Positions 40,356 through 58,842 of a DNA stretch of 64,000 nt are shown piece by piece. This DNA comes from the human T2T-CHM13v2.0 reference genome, Homo sapiens, in NCBI GenBank assembly GCA_009914755.4, contig CP086569.2:23936001-24000000 (forward strand), given 5' to 3'. The position numbers and the translations under genes were made by a program. Position 1 is the first letter of the stretch; each line of letters begins with the position of its first letter. A model generated the notes under the pieces. That model was not told the origin of the DNA, made no database searches, and was given only the letters and a program-made list of their open reading frames with translations.

Positions 40356-41885
40356 CTGAAAAGAAAGGTGGCAGAAAAAAAAGAATATGGTAAACCATTT
40401 TTTAAAATTAGAAAGAAATATCATTCCCAATGTAACAAAAATATTAAAAACGTTAAAATATCATTTTTCTACATACAACAATGCAGAATTCTAAATGAAT
40501 GACTGACTTTATGAAGAAAGAAATAGTCTATGTCATGTGCCACACTTTGGGTGTGAAGGGGGAACAAATGACAAAAGAATTGACTATTTCACCAAAGTTT
40601 ACCTTATACTGTGTACTTATTCACACCCAGAAATTCTTTCTTACACCGGTGATAAGGCTCCATTAAGACAGATTGCAATGTAAGTTAAATTTATACATTT
40701 GCTATTTCAATGTCAGAATATTTCTAGACTGTTTTGTATCAGACAATATTAAAGGGTAATATGTAGTTCTATAGATATTAGTGCTATGTTTGTACTTCAT
40801 TCCAAAAAACTAAGTGCAGTCTATAATCCAATACTGGAGAAGAGAAAGTATAATGTCTTATATGTTTCAATGAATTCTTATTGTTTGAAAACATACAGGT
40901 AGCAGCATACATGAATATGCCCTGATTCAGTAATGCCGCACAGTAAATGACAGAAACAAGTAGGGCTTTTTTTCCAGCCATTGTTCAGAGAAGGAAAAAG
41001 AAGAGGTATACCACACATGTTTCAAGTACATGGAAAACATCAACAAATTAGAGACACTGCAGAACTATTGGACTATTATTTTGTTACTTCATTTTCCGTC
41101 AAAGAAAATGTCTTTAAAGCTAACACATAAATAAAACGAACTAAGAAGAATATAAACGTCCTTTATCAACATTAAGTGATGGAGTATGTCAAAACCTACT
41201 TTAAATATCAGTGTAAGCAGGATCAGAGAAATTAGATGCAAGAAGCTCACGGGATTTATATACCTACTAAACCACATCAGAAATCTACCCATTCCCGAAC
41301 CAGAATATATCCAGAAGTCAGCAATTTATATGAGGAGGCATCTGGAAATCATTTCAAATAAAGGGTAGCTAGATGAACTGTTAAACTTACCGAAGAATGA
41401 AGTAGGCAGACACATAAGGAGAGCTGCTTTCATTCACTTTAGGAACTGGTTATAAGGAGGAAAGCAGCTCTGGTGCTTTGGAGGTAATACTCTCGTTTAC
41501 TCCTATTCTTATTTAAGCGCAATTAACAGCAAAGCATTTCTGTCTCTGTTCTACAAATTTTCTGTTGCTGGTAAAGCCAGAGGCAGAATCTACGCAGATG
41601 CATGCTAATTCAAAAGCCACATGAATACTACCTTTCTTTGATGATATGGTCTATCATTAAGTGGACCTGCCATTGCTTAAGCAAGTAAAAACCTCAGGGC
41701 AAAAAAGGCACTGTTGCTCCCATGGGAGTTTACAATCGGGTTAACAAGAAAGTAAAAAAATAAACTAAAACATTGATATAAAAATCACTTAAAAATAGTA
41801 ATAGGCATATACGACGTGGAAAAAAACCAAGAATGAACAGGAAGTCTATGTTTGGCTAATTCACTTAACATCAAGGAAAACATAA

Positions 41886-41920
41886 TCCCTTTGCTCCCCA
41901 ACAGGCCCCTATGGTGGCAT
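41886..41920 (-). pseudogene. DAZ: Exon-8-like pseudo-exon (ATGCCACCATAG.., premature stop), directly abutting the L1 5' end
   Basis: Minus strand reads ttttttttcaag|ATGCCACCATAGGGGCCTGTTGGGGAGCAAAGGGATTATG. It has TAG at codon 4 and no GT donor. Confidence 0.6.
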
Positions 41921-42846
41921 CTTGAAAAAAAAAGGGGGGTGGGGGAGGAGCCAAGATGGCCGAATAGGAACAGCTCCAGTCTACAGCTCCCAGCGTGAGC
42001 GACGCCGAAGACGGGTGATTTCTGCATTTCCATCTGAGGTACCGGGTTCATCTCACTAGGGAGTGCCAGACAGTGGGCGCAGGTCAGTGGGTGGGCTCAC
42101 CGCGTGCGAGCGGAAGCAGGGCGAGGCATTGCCTCACTTGGGACGCGCAAGCGGTCAGGGAGTTCCCTTCTGAGTCAAAGAAAGGGGTGACGGATGCCAC
42201 CTGGAGAATCGGGTCACTCCCACCCGAATACTGCGCTTTTCCGACGGGCTTAAAAAACGGCACACCACTAGATTATATCCCGCACCTGGCTCGGAGGGTC
42301 CTACGCCCACGCAGTCTCACTGATTGCTAGCACAGCAGTCTGAGATCAAACTGCAAGGCGGCAACGAGGCTGGGGGAGGGGCGCCCGCCATTGCCCAGGC
42401 TTGATTAGGTAAACAAAGCCGCAGGGAAGCTCCAACTGGGTGGAGCCCACCACAGCTCAAGGAGGCCTGCCTGCCTCTGTAGGCTCCACCTCTAGGGGCA
42501 GGGCACAGACAAACAAAAAGACAGCAGTAACCTCTGCAGACTTAAATGACCCTGTCTGACAGCTTTGAAGAGAGCAGTGGTTCTCCCAGCACGCAGCTGG
42601 AGATCTGAGAACGGGCAGACTGCCTCGTCAAGTGGGTCCCTGACCCCTGACCCCCCGAGCAGCCTAACTGGGAGGCACCCCCCAGCAGGGGCACACTGAC
42701 ACCTCACACGGCAGGGTATTCCAACAGACCTGCAGCTGAGGGTCCTCTCAGTTAGAAGGAAAACTAACAAACAGAAAGGACATCCACACCAAAAACCCAT
42801 CTGTACATCACCATCATCAAAGACCAAAAGTAGATAAAACCACAAA

Positions 42847-43868
42847 GAGGGGGAAAAAACAGAACAGAAAAACTGGAAACTCTAAAAAGCAGAGCACCTC
42901 TCCTCCTCCAAAGGAACGCAGTTCCTCACCAGCAACGGAACAAAGCTGGATGGAGAATGACTTTGACGAGCTGAGAGAAGAAGGCTTCAGACGATCAAAT
43001 TACTCTGAGCTACGGGAGGACATTCAAACCAAAGGCAAAGAAGTTGAAAACTTTGGAAAAAAAAATGTAGAAGAATGTATAACTAGAATAACCAATACAG
43101 AGAAGTGCTTAAAGGAGCTGATGGAGCTGAAAACCAAGGCTCAAGAACTACGTGAAGAATGCAGAAGCCTCAGGAGCTGATGCGATCAACTGGAAGAAAG
43201 GGTATCAGCAATGGAAGATGAAATGAATGAAATGAAGTGAGAAGGGAAGTTTGGAGAAAAAAGAATAAAACGAAATGAGCAAAGCCTCCAAGAAATATGG
43301 GACTATGTGAAAAGACCAAATCTACGTCTGCTTGGTGTACCTGAAAGTGATCAGGAGAATGGAACCAAGCTGGAAAACACTCTGCAGGATATTATCCAGG
43401 AGAACTTCCCCAATCTAGCAAGGCAGGCCAACGTTCAGATTCAGGAAATACAGAGAACGCCACAAAGATACTCCTCGAGAAGAGCAACTCCAAGACACAT
43501 AATTGTCAGATTCACCAAAGTTGAAATGAAGGAAAAAATGTTAAGGGCAGCCAGAGAGAAAGGTCGGGTTACCCTCAAAGGGAAGCCCATCAGACTAACA
43601 GTGGATCTCTCGGCAGAAACCCTACAAGCCAGAAGAGAGTGGGGGCCAATATTCAACATTCTTAAAGAAAATAATTTTCAACCCAGAATTTCATATCCAG
43701 CCAAACTAAGCTTCATAAGCGAAGGAGAAATAAAATACTTTACAGACAAGCAAATGCTGAGAGATTTTGTCACCACCAAGCCTGCCTTATAAGAGCTCCT
43801 GAAGGAAGCACTAAACATGGAAAGGAACAACCGGTACCAGCCGCTGCAAAATCATGCCAAAATGTAAA
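42847..43868 (+). pseudogene. L1 ORF1 remnant. The start codon is mutated (AGG where ATG is expected) and an in-frame stop falls at 43178-43180 (CGA to TGA)
   Basis: caaagagggggaaaaaacag aligns to L1HS caaagATGGGGAAAAAACAG. ORF-track pieces 42950..43180 and 43307..43792 belong to one L1 ORF1p split by stops. Confidence 0.85.
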
Positions 43869-43930
43869 GACCATCGAGACTAGGAAGAAACTGCATCAAC
43901 TAACAAGCAAAATAACCAGCTAACATCATA

Positions 43931-47758
<3,828 letters not shown>

Positions 47759-49291
47759 ACAATGAGATCACATGGACACAGGAAGGGATATATCACACTC
47801 TGGGGACTGTTGTGGGGTGGGGGGAGGGGGGAGGGATAGCACTGGGAGATATACCTAATGCTAGATGAGGAGTTAGAGGGTGCAGAGCACCAGCATGGCA
47901 CATGTATACATATGGAACTAACCTGCACAATGTGCACATGGACCCTAAAACTTAAAGCATAATTTTTTAAAAAAAAAGAATTGACTACTTCACCAAAGTT
48001 TACCTTATACTGTGTACTTATTCACACCCAGAAGTTATTTCTTACACTGGTGATAAGGCTCCATTAAGACAGATTGCAATGTAAGTTAAATTAATACATT
48101 TGCAATTTTGCTGTAAGAATATTTCTAGACTGTTTTGTATCAGACAATATTATAGGGTAATATGTAGTTCTATAGATGTTATGGCTTTGTCTGTACTTCA
48201 TTCCAAAAAACTAAGTGCAGTCTATAATCCAATACTGGAGAAGAGGAAGTATAATGTCTTATATGTTTCAATAAATGCTTATTGTTTGAAAACATACAGG
48301 CAGTAGCATACATGAATACACCCAGATTCAGTAATGGCTCACAGTAAATGACAGTAACAAGTAGAGCTTTTCTTCTACCCATTGTTCAGAGAAGGAAAAA
48401 TAAGAGGTATACCATACATGTTTCAAGTACATGGAAAATATCAACAAATTAGAAACACTGCAGAACTATTTCACTATTATTTTGTTACTACATTTTCCAT
48501 CAAAGAAAATGTCTTTTAAGCTAACACATCAATGAAATGAACTAAGAAGAATATAAACGTTATTTATCAACAGTAAGTGATAGAGTATGTCAAACCCTAC
48601 TTTAAATATCAATGTCACCAGGATCAGAGAAATTAGATGCCAGAAACTCAAGCGGTTTATATATATATACTAAATCACATCAGAAATCTACCCATTCCAG
48701 AACCAGAATATATCCAGAAGTCAGCAATTTATATGAGGAGGCATCTGGAAATCATTTCAAATAAAGGATAGCTAGATGAATTGCTAAACTTACGGAAGAA
48801 TAAAGTAGGCAGACACATAAGGAGAGCTGCTTTCATTCACTTTAGGAACTGCTTATACGGGGGAAAGCTGCTCTGGTGATTTGCAGGTAATACTCTCCTT
48901 TACTTCTATTCTTATTTAAGCATAATTAACAGCAAAGCATTTCTGTTTCTCTTCTATAAATTTACTACTGCTGGTAAAGCCAGAGGCAGATTCTATGCAG
49001 CTACATGCTAATTCTAAAGTCACGTGAATATTACCTTTCTTTGATTATATAGTCTATCATTATGTGGAGCTGCCATTGCTTAAGCACATAAAACCCTGAG
49101 GGCAAAAAAGGCACTGTTGCTGCCATGGGAGTTTATACTCGGGTTAACAAGAAAGTAACAACAACAACAACAAACATTAATATAGAGAGTCACTTAAAAA
49201 TATTTATAGGCATATATGACATGGAAAAAAAATCAAGAATGAACAGGAAGTCTATGTTTGGCTAATTCCCTTAACGTCAAGGACAACATAA

Positions 49292-49326
49292 TCCCTTTGC
49301 TCCCCAACAGGCCCCTAAGGTGGCAT
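49292..49326 (-). pseudogene. DAZ: Exon-8-like pseudo-exon (ATGCCACCTTAG.., stop)
   Basis: Minus strand reads aaag|ATGCCACCTTAGGGGCCTGTTGGGGAGCAAAGGGATTATG. It has TAG at codon 4 and no GT donor. Confidence 0.6.
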
Positions 49327-50070
49327 CTTTAAAAAAAAAAAAAAAAAAAGGAAACCAAAACTATTAAACTATTCCTACATATTTTCAAACACACATGAGA
49401 AACACAGTATTGAAGTACTTATTCCGCTGTCTCCTTTTTTATTATAATAAAAGTAACAGAAAGGAAAACTTAAGTACTTTATGTTTCTTGTCCATGACAT
49501 TCTTGTTACTTTAAATTTGAATCTTCACCTTTCTCCAAATTTTTGGGAGTTGGCAATGTGGAAACCTCAAAAATACTAGCTCTTTCAGTTTATTACCATA
49601 GATATAGTTATGGGTCATAGATATACTTGTATCTATGAGAAGAGATCCTGAGAATGACTACCGTCAAACAGCCAGCTAAAATGAAAATATAATTGGAATT
49701 CTGTGCTCTGAAAAGTGGATCATAATTTTATTTCACTCTATCTCCCTAAAAAAATTCATGAAAGTCAGTTTGGATGTTTCATTCAGCTATTTGACAGCAA
49801 AGATGAAAACTATATCCACAAATGAAGAAGGGGACACCAAATCTCAGAAATCTCTTCTACACAAATGTTATTGCCAAGGATATTCCTGTAAAAATATTAC
49901 TTCATTACTTCTAAATAAGACAGAGGTCTTCATTCTACACTAAGTCTTTCCTTAAATTTTAGGGACACTTCACTAGTTAAAAATGACCAACTATTCAGGA
50001 AATTTCTATAAACAAGTTAAAGGCCTCAATAATACCTGAAAGCAAACCATTTTACTACCTCTTACATTAC

Positions 50071-50142
50071 CTGATAATTGTATACAGGCAACTGATATCC
50101 AGTGGTGACCTGAACTGGTGAATTTGGATAAGCAGGAAATGC
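50071..50142 (-). CDS. DAZ: DAZ exon 7 copy. Encodes AFPAYPNSPVQVTTGYQLPVYNYQ
   Basis: 72 bp. Acceptor tgcaaccttttcag|GCATTTCC, donor ATTATCAG|gtaatgtaagagg. Confidence 0.85.
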
Positions 50143-51665
50143 CTGAAAAGGTTGCAGAAAAAATGAATATGGTAAACCACATTTTAAAATTAGAAAGAAA
50201 TATAATTCCCAATATAAGAAAAATATTACAAAACGGAAAATATCCTTTTTCTACATACAACAATGCAGAATTCCAAATGAATGACTTTATGAGGAAAGAA
50301 AGATTCTATGTCAAGTGCTACACTTTGGGTGTGAAGGGGGAACAAATGACAAAGAACTGACTACTTCACCAAAATTTACCTTATACTGTGTACTTATTCA
50401 CACCCAGAAATTATGTCTTACACTGGTGATAAGGTTCCACTAAGACAGATTGCAATGTAAGGTAAATCAATACATTTGCAATTTCGCTGTAAGAATATTT
50501 CCAGACTGTTTTGTATCAGACAATATTGTAGGGTAATATGTAGTTCTATAGATGTTATGGCTTTGTCTGTATTTCATTCCAAAAAACTAATTGCAGTCTA
50601 TATTCCAATACTGGAGAATAAAAAGTATAATGTCTGACATGTTTCAACAAATTCTTATTGTTTGAAAACATACAGGTAGCAGCATACATGAATACACCCA
50701 GAATCACTAATGCCTCACAGTAAACGAGAGAAACAAGTAGGGCTTTTTTTCTAGCCATGGTTCAGAGAAGGAAAAAGAAGAGGTATACCATACATGTTTC
50801 AAGTACATGGAAAATATCAACAAATTAGAGACACAGCAGAACGATTTCACTATTATTTCATTACTTCATTTTCTGTCAAAGAAAATGTCTTTTAAGCTAA
50901 CACATCAATGAAATGAACTAAGAAGAAAATAAACGATATTTATCAACAGTAAGTGACACACTATGTCAAACCCTACTTTAAATATCAATGTAACCACGAT
51001 CAGAGAAATTACATGCCAGAAACTCACCGGGTTTATATATATATACTAAACCACGTCAGAAATCTGCCCATTCCAGAACCAGAATATATCCAGAAGTCAG
51101 CCATTTATATGAGGAGGCATGTGGCAATCATTTCAAATAAAGGATAGCTAGATAAACTGCTAAACTTACCGAAGAATAAAGTAGGCAGACACATAAGGAG
51201 AGCTGCTTTCATTCACTTTAGGAACTGCTTATAAGGGGGAAAGCAGCTCCGGTGAGTTGGAGGTAATACTCTCCTTTACTCCTATTCTTATTTAGGCGTC
51301 ATTAACAGCAAAGCATTTCTGTTTCTCTTCTATAAATTTTCTACTGCTGGTAAAGCCAGAGGCATATTCTGTGCAGACACATGCTAATTCTAAAGTCACG
51401 TGAATACTCCCTTTCTTTGATTATATAGTCTATCATTATGTAGACCTGCCATTGCTTAAGCACATAAAAACCTGAGGACAAAAAAGGCACTGTTGCTGCC
51501 ATGGGAGTTTATAATCGGGTTAACAAGAAGGAAACAACAACAAAAAAAACATTAACATAAAAAGTCACTTAAAAATATTTGTAGGCATATATGACATGGA
51601 AAAAAATCAAGAATGAACAGGAAGTCTATGTTTGGCTAATTCCCTTAACGTCAAGGACAACATAA

Positions 51666-51700
51666 TCCCTTTGCTACCCAACAGGCCCCTAAGGTGGAAT
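51666..51700 (-). pseudogene. DAZ: Exon-8-like pseudo-exon (ATTCCACCTTAG.., no ATG, stop)
   Basis: Plus strand reads ccctttgctacccaacaggcccctaaggtggaat. The reverse complement has ATT in place of ATG and a TAG stop. Confidence 0.6.
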
Positions 51701-52447
51701 CTTAAAAAATCAATCAATAAATAAAAGGAAACCAAAACTATTGAAGTATTACTACACATTTTCAAAAACACATGAGAAACACAATATTAAAGTACTTATC
51801 CTGCTGTCTCCTTTTTTATTGTAATAAAAGTAACAGAAAGGAAAACTCAAATACTTTATGTTTCTAGTCCATGACATTCTTGTTACTTTTACATTGGAAA
51901 CTTCAGCTTTCTCCACATTTTCGGGATTTCGCAATGTGGAAACCTCAAAGATACTAGCTCTTTCAGTTTATTACCGTAGATATAATTATGGGTCACAGAT
52001 ACACTTGTATCTATGAAAAGAGATCCAGAGCATTACTATCGTCAAACAGCCAGCTAAAATGAAAATGTAATTGGGATTCTGTGCTCTGAAAAGTGCAGCA
52101 TAATTTTATTTCAGTCTATCTCCCTAAGAAAATTCATGAAAGACACTTTGGACGTTTCATTTAGCTATTTGACAGTAAAGATGAAAACTACATCCAGAAA
52201 TGAAGAAGAGAACACCAAATCTCAGAAATCTGTTCTACAGAAAAGTTATTGCCAAGTATATTCCTGTCAAAATACTACCTCATTATTCTAAATAACACAG
52301 AGGTCTTCATTCTACACTAAGTGTTTCCTTAAATTTTAGGTACAATTCACTAGTTTAAAATGAGCAACTATTCAGGAAATTTGTATGAACAAGTTAAAGG
52401 CCTCAATAATACCTAAAAGCAAATCATTTTACTCCCTCTGACATTAC

Positions 52448-52519
52448 CTGATAATTGTATACAGGGAACTGATATCCAGTGGCGACTTGAAATGGTGAAT
52501 TTGGATAAGCAGGAAATGC
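52448..52519 (-). CDS. DAZ: DAZ exon 7 copy. Encodes AFPAYPNSPFQVATGYQFPVYNYQ
   Basis: 72 bp, in frame, flanked by a cag acceptor and a gtaatgt donor on the minus strand. Confidence 0.85.
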
Positions 52520-54048
52520 CTGAAAAGAAAGGTTCCAGAAAAAAATGAATACGGTAAACCATTTTTTTAAAATTAGAAAGAAATATAATTCTGAATATAA
52601 CAAAAATAGGTAAAATATTGTTTTTCTACATACAATAATGCAGAATTCTAAATGAATGACTGACTTTATGAAGAAAGAAAGATTCTATGACAAGTGCTAC
52701 ACTTTGGGAGTGAAGGGGGAACTAATGACAAAAGAATTGACTATTTCACCAAAGTTTACCTTATACTGTGTACTTATTCACACCCAGAAGTTATTTCTTA
52801 CACTGGTGGTAAGGCTCCATTAAGAGAGATTGCAAGGTAAGTTAAATTAATACATTTGCTATTTCCCTGTCAGAATATTTCTAGACTGTTTTGTATCAGA
52901 CAATATTATAGGACAATATATAGTTTGACAGATGTTATGGCTTTGTCTGTACTTCATTACGAAAAACTAAGTGCAGTCTATAATCCAATACTGGACAAGA
53001 GAAAGTATAATGTCTTATATGTTTCAAAAAATTTTTATTATCTGAAAACATACAGGTAGCAGCATACATGAATACACCCAGATTCAGTAATCGCTCACAG
53101 TAAATGACAGAAACAAGTAAGGCTTTTTTTCTAGCCATTGTTCAGAGAAGGAAAAAGAAGAGGTATACCATACATGTTTCAAGTACATGGAAAATATCAC
53201 GAAATTAGAGACAACCGCAGAACTATTTCACTATTATTTTGTTACTACATTTTCCATCAAAGAAAATGTCTTTTAAGCTAACACATCAATGAAATGAACT
53301 AAGAAGAATATAAACGTTATTTATCAACAGTAAGTGATAGAGTATGTCAAACCCTACTTTAAATATCAATGTCACCAGGATCAGAGAAATTAGATGCCAG
53401 AAACTCAAGCGGTTTATATATATATACTAAATCACATCAGAAATCTACCCATTCCAGAACCAGAATATATCCAGAAGTCAGCAATTTATATGAGGAGGCA
53501 TCTGGAAATCATTTCAAATAAAGGATAGCTAGATGAATTGCTAAACTTACGGAAGAATAAAGTAGGCAGACACATAAGGAGAGCTGCTTTCATTCACTTT
53601 AGGAACTGCTTATACGGGGGAAAGCTGCTCTGGTGATTTGCAGGTAATACTCTCCTTTACTTCTATTCTTATTTAAGCATAATTAACAGCAAAGCATTTC
53701 TGTTTCTCTTCTATAAATTTACTACTGCTGGTAAAGCCAGAGGCAGATTCTATGCAGCTACATGCTAATTCTAAAGTCACGTGAATATTACCTTTCTTTG
53801 ATTATATAGTCTATCATTATGTGGAGCTGCCATTGCTTAAGCACATAAAACCCTGAGGGCAAAAAAGGCACTGTTGCTGCCATGGGAGTTTATACTCGGG
53901 TTAACAAGAAAGTAACAACAACAACAACAAACATTAATATAGAGAGTCACTTAAAAATATTTATAGGCATATATGACATGGAAAAAAAATCAAGAATGAA
54001 CAGGAAGTCTATGTTTGGCTAATTCCCTTAACGTCAAGGACAACATAA

Positions 54049-54083
54049 TCCCTTTGCTCCCCAACAGGCCCCTAAGGTGGCAT
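54049..54083 (-). pseudogene. DAZ: Exon-8-like pseudo-exon (copy of 49292-49326, shift 4757)
   Basis: Identical sequence context, with the same TAG stop. Confidence 0.6.
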
Positions 54084-54827
54084 CTTTAAAAAAAAAAAAA
54101 AAAAAAGGAAACCAAAACTATTAAACTATTCCTACATATTTTCAAACACACATGAGAAACACAGTATTGAAGTACTTATTCCGCTGTCTCCTTTTTTATT
54201 ATAATAAAAGTAACAGAAAGGAAAACTTAAGTACTTTATGTTTCTTGTCCATGACATTCTTGTTACTTTAAATTTGAATCTTCACCTTTCTCCAAATTTT
54301 TGGGAGTTGGCAATGTGGAAACCTCAAAAATACTAGCTCTTTCAGTTTATTACCATAGATATAGTTATGGGTCATAGATATACTTGTATCTATGAGAAGA
54401 GATCCTGAGAATGACTACCGTCAAACAGCCAGCTAAAATGAAAATATAATTGGAATTCTGTGCTCTGAAAAGTGGATCATAATTTTATTTCACTCTATCT
54501 CCCTAAAAAAATTCATGAAAGTCAGTTTGGATGTTTCATTCAGCTATTTGACAGCAAAGATGAAAACTATATCCACAAATGAAGAAGGGGACACCAAATC
54601 TCAGAAATCTCTTCTACACAAATGTTATTGCCAAGGATATTCCTGTAAAAATATTACTTCATTACTTCTAAATAAGACAGAGGTCTTCATTCTACACTAA
54701 GTCTTTCCTTAAATTTTAGGGACACTTCACTAGTTAAAAATGACCAACTATTCAGGAAATTTCTATAAACAAGTTAAAGGCCTCAATAATACCTGAAAGC
54801 AAACCATTTTACTACCTCTTACATTAC

Positions 54828-54899
54828 CTGATAATTGTATACAGGCAACTGATATCCAGTGGTGACCTGAACTGGTGAATTTGGATAAGCAGGAAATGC
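54828..54899 (-). CDS. DAZ: DAZ exon 7 copy. Encodes AFPAYPNSPVQVTTGYQLPVYNYQ
   Basis: 72 bp. Acceptor ccttttcag|GCATTTCC, donor CAATTATCAG|gtaatgtaag. Identical to 50071-50142 (shift 4757). Confidence 0.85.
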
Positions 54900-56422
54900 C
54901 TGAAAAGGTTGCAGAAAAAATGAATATGGTAAACCACATTTTAAAATTAGAAAGAAATATAATTCCCAATATAAGAAAAATATTACAAAACGGAAAATAT
55001 CCTTTTTCTACATACAACAATGCAGAATTCCAAATGAATGACTTTATGAGGAAAGAAAGATTCTATGTCAAGTGCTACACTTTGGGTGTGAAGGGGGAAC
55101 AAATGACAAAGAACTGACTACTTCACCAAAATTTACCTTATACTGTGTACTTATTCACACCCAGAAATTATGTCTTACACTGGTGATAAGGTTCCACTAA
55201 GACAGATTGCAATGTAAGGTAAATCAATACATTTGCAATTTCGCTGTAAGAATATTTCCAGACTGTTTTGTATCAGACAATATTGTAGGGTAATATGTAG
55301 TTCTATAGATGTTATGGCTTTGTCTGTATTTCATTCCAAAAAACTAATTGCAGTCTATATTCCAATACTGGAGAATAAAAAGTATAATGTCTGACATGTT
55401 TCAACAAATTCTTATTGTTTGAAAACATACAGGTAGCAGCATACATGAATACACCCAGAATCACTAATGCCTCACAGTAAACGAGAGAAACAAGTAGGGC
55501 TTTTTTTCTAGCCATGGTTCAGAGAAGGAAAAAGAAGAGGTATACCATACATGTTTCAAGTACATGGAAAATATCAACAAATTAGAGACACAGCAGAACG
55601 ATTTCACTATTATTTCATTACTTCATTTTCTGTCAAAGAAAATGTCTTTTAAGCTAACACATCAATGAAATGAACTAAGAAGAAAATAAACGATATTTAT
55701 CAACAGTAAGTGACACACTATGTCAAACCCTACTTTAAATATCAATGTAACCACGATCAGAGAAATTACATGCCAGAAACTCACCGGGTTTATATATATA
55801 TACTAAACCACGTCAGAAATCTGCCCATTCCAGAACCAGAATATATCCAGAAGTCAGCCATTTATATGAGGAGGCATGTGGCAATCATTTCAAATAAAGG
55901 ATAGCTAGATAAACTGCTAAACTTACCGAAGAATAAAGTAGGCAGACACATAAGGAGAGCTGCTTTCATTCACTTTAGGAACTGCTTATAAGGGGGAAAG
56001 CAGCTCCGGTGAGTTGGAGGTAATACTCTCCTTTACTCCTATTCTTATTTAGGCGTCATTAACAGCAAAGCATTTCTGTTTCTCTTCTATAAATTTTCTA
56101 CTGCTGGTAAAGCCAGAGGCATATTCTGTGCAGACACATGCTAATTCTAAAGTCACGTGAATACTCCCTTTCTTTGATTATATAGTCTATCATTATGTAG
56201 ACCTGCCATTGCTTAAGCACATAAAAACCTGAGGACAAAAAAGGCACTGTTGCTGCCATGGGAGTTTATAATCGGGTTAACAAGAAGGAAACAACAACAA
56301 AAAAAACATTAACATAAAAAGTCACTTAAAAATATTTGTAGGCATATATGACATGGAAAAAAATCAAGAATGAACAGGAAGTCTATGTTTGGCTAATTCC
56401 CTTAACGTCAAGGACAACATAA

Positions 56423-56457
56423 TCCCTTTGCTACCCAACAGGCCCCTAAGGTGGAAT
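56423..56457 (-). pseudogene. DAZ: Exon-8-like pseudo-exon (copy of 51666-51700, shift 4757)
   Basis: Plus strand reads ccctttgctacccaacaggcccctaaggtggaat. Confidence 0.6.
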
Positions 56458-57204
56458 CTTAAAAAATCAATCAATAAATAAAAGGAAACCAAAACTATTG
56501 AAGTATTACTACACATTTTCAAAAACACATGAGAAACACAATATTAAAGTACTTATCCTGCTGTCTCCTTTTTTATTGTAATAAAAGTAACAGAAAGGAA
56601 AACTCAAATACTTTATGTTTCTAGTCCATGACATTCTTGTTACTTTTACATTGGAAACTTCAGCTTTCTCCACATTTTCGGGATTTCGCAATGTGGAAAC
56701 CTCAAAGATACTAGCTCTTTCAGTTTATTACCGTAGATATAATTATGGGTCACAGATACACTTGTATCTATGAAAAGAGATCCAGAGCATTACTATCGTC
56801 AAACAGCCAGCTAAAATGAAAATGTAATTGGGATTCTGTGCTCTGAAAAGTGCAGCATAATTTTATTTCAGTCTATCTCCCTAAGAAAATTCATGAAAGA
56901 CACTTTGGACGTTTCATTTAGCTATTTGACAGTAAAGATGAAAACTACATCCAGAAATGAAGAAGAGAACACCAAATCTCAGAAATCTGTTCTACAGAAA
57001 AGTTATTGCCAAGTATATTCCTGTCAAAATACTACCTCATTATTCTAAATAACACAGAGGTCTTCATTCTACACTAAGTGTTTCCTTAAATTTTAGGTAC
57101 AATTCACTAGTTTAAAATGAGCAACTATTCAGGAAATTTGTATGAACAAGTTAAAGGCCTCAATAATACCTAAAAGCAAATCATTTTACTCCCTCTGACA
57201 TTAC

Positions 57205-57276
57205 CTGATAATTGTATACAGGGAACTGATATCCAGTGGCGACTTGAAATGGTGAATTTGGATAAGCAGGAAATGC
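57205..57276 (-). CDS. DAZ: DAZ exon 7 copy. Encodes AFPAYPNSPFQVATGYQFPVYNYQ
   Basis: 72 bp with the same splice-site context as the other copies. Identical to the copies at 52448-52519 and 61985-62056. Confidence 0.85.
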
Positions 57277-58809
57277 CTGAAAAGAAAGGTTCCAGAAAAA
57301 AATGAATACGGTAAACCATTTTTTTAAAATTAGAAAGAAATATAATTCTGAATATAACAAACATAGGTAAAATATTGTTTTTCTACATACAATAATGCAG
57401 AATTCTAAATGAATGACTGACTTTATGAAGAAAGAAAGATTCTATGACAAGTGCTACACTTTGGGAGTGAAGGGGGAACTAATGACAAAAGAATTGACTA
57501 TTTCACCAAAGTTTACCTTATACTGTGTACTTATTCACACCCAGAAGTTATTTCTTACACTGGTGGTAAGGCTCCATTAAGAGAGATTGCAAGGTAAGTT
57601 AAATTAATACATTTGCTATTTCCCTGTCAGAATATTTCTAGACTGTTTTGTATCAGACAATATTATAGGACAATATATAGTTTGACAGATGTTATGGCTT
57701 TGTCTGTACTTCACTACGAAAAACTAAGTGCAGTCTATAATCCAATACTGGACAAGAGAAAGTATAATGTCTTATATATTTCAAAAAATTTTTATTATCT
57801 GAAAACATACAGGTAGCAGCATACATGAATACACCCAGATTCAGTAATCGCTCACAGTAAATGACAGAAACAAGTAAGGCTTTTTTTCTAGCCATTGTTC
57901 AGAGAAGGAAAAAGAAGAGGTATACCATACATGTTTCAAGTACATGGAAAATATCACGAAATTAGAGACAACCGCAGAACTATTTCACTATTATTTTGTT
58001 ACTTCATTTTCCATCAAAGAAAATGTCTTTTAAGCTAACACATAAATAAAACGAACTAAGAAGAATATAAAGGTTAGTTATCAACATTAAGTGATGGAGT
58101 ATGTCAAACCCTACTTTAAATATCAGTGTAACCAGAATCAGAGAAATTAGACGCCAGAAGCTCACGGGGTTTATATATATACTAAACCACATCAGAAATC
58201 TACCCATTCCAGAAGAAGAATATTTCCAGAAGTCAGCAATTTATATGAGGAGGCATCCGGAAATCATTTCAAATAAAGAATAGCTAGATGAACTGCTAAA
58301 CTTACCAAAGAATAAAGTAGGCAGACACATAAGGGGAGCTGCTTTCATTCACTTTAGGAACTGGTTATAAGGGGGAAAGCAGCTCCGGTGATTTGGCGGT
58401 AATACTCTCGTTTACTCCTATTCTCATTTAAGCGTCATTAACAGCAAAGCATTTCTGTTTCTCTTCTATAAATATTCTATTGCTGGTAAAGCCAGAGGCA
58501 GATTCTATGCAGATACATGCTAATTGTAAAGTCACATGAACACTACCTTTCTTTGATTATATAGTCTGTCATTATATGGACCTGCCATTGCTTAACCACA
58601 TAAAAACCTGAGGGCAAAAAAGGCACTCTTGCTCCCATGGGAGTTTATAATCGGGTTAACAAGAAAGTAACAACAACAAAAAAATTAATATAAAGAATCA
58701 CTTAAAAATATTTATAGGCATATATGACATGGAAAAAAATCAAGAATGAACAGGAAATCTATGTTTGGCTAATTCACTTAACGTCAAGGACAACATAATC
58801 CTTTGCTCC

Positions 58810-58842
58810 CCAACAGGACCTTATGGTGGCATCTTAAAAAAA
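58810..58842 (-). pseudogene. DAZ: Exon-8-like pseudo-exon (ATGCCACCATAAGGTCC.., stop)
   Basis: Plus strand reads cctttgctccccaacaggaccttatggtggcat. The reverse complement has TAA at codon 4. Confidence 0.6.

Noticed and set aside
50071-50142. Alternative reading frames of the 72-bp exon (HFLLIQIHQFRSPLDISCLYTII or ISCLSKFTSSGHHWISVACIQLS)
   Set aside because: All three frames are open. Only the AFPAYPNSPVQ.. frame matches the known DAZ/DAZL repeat peptide and joins exon 8 (ATG CCA CCG..) and the stop in exon 10 in frame.
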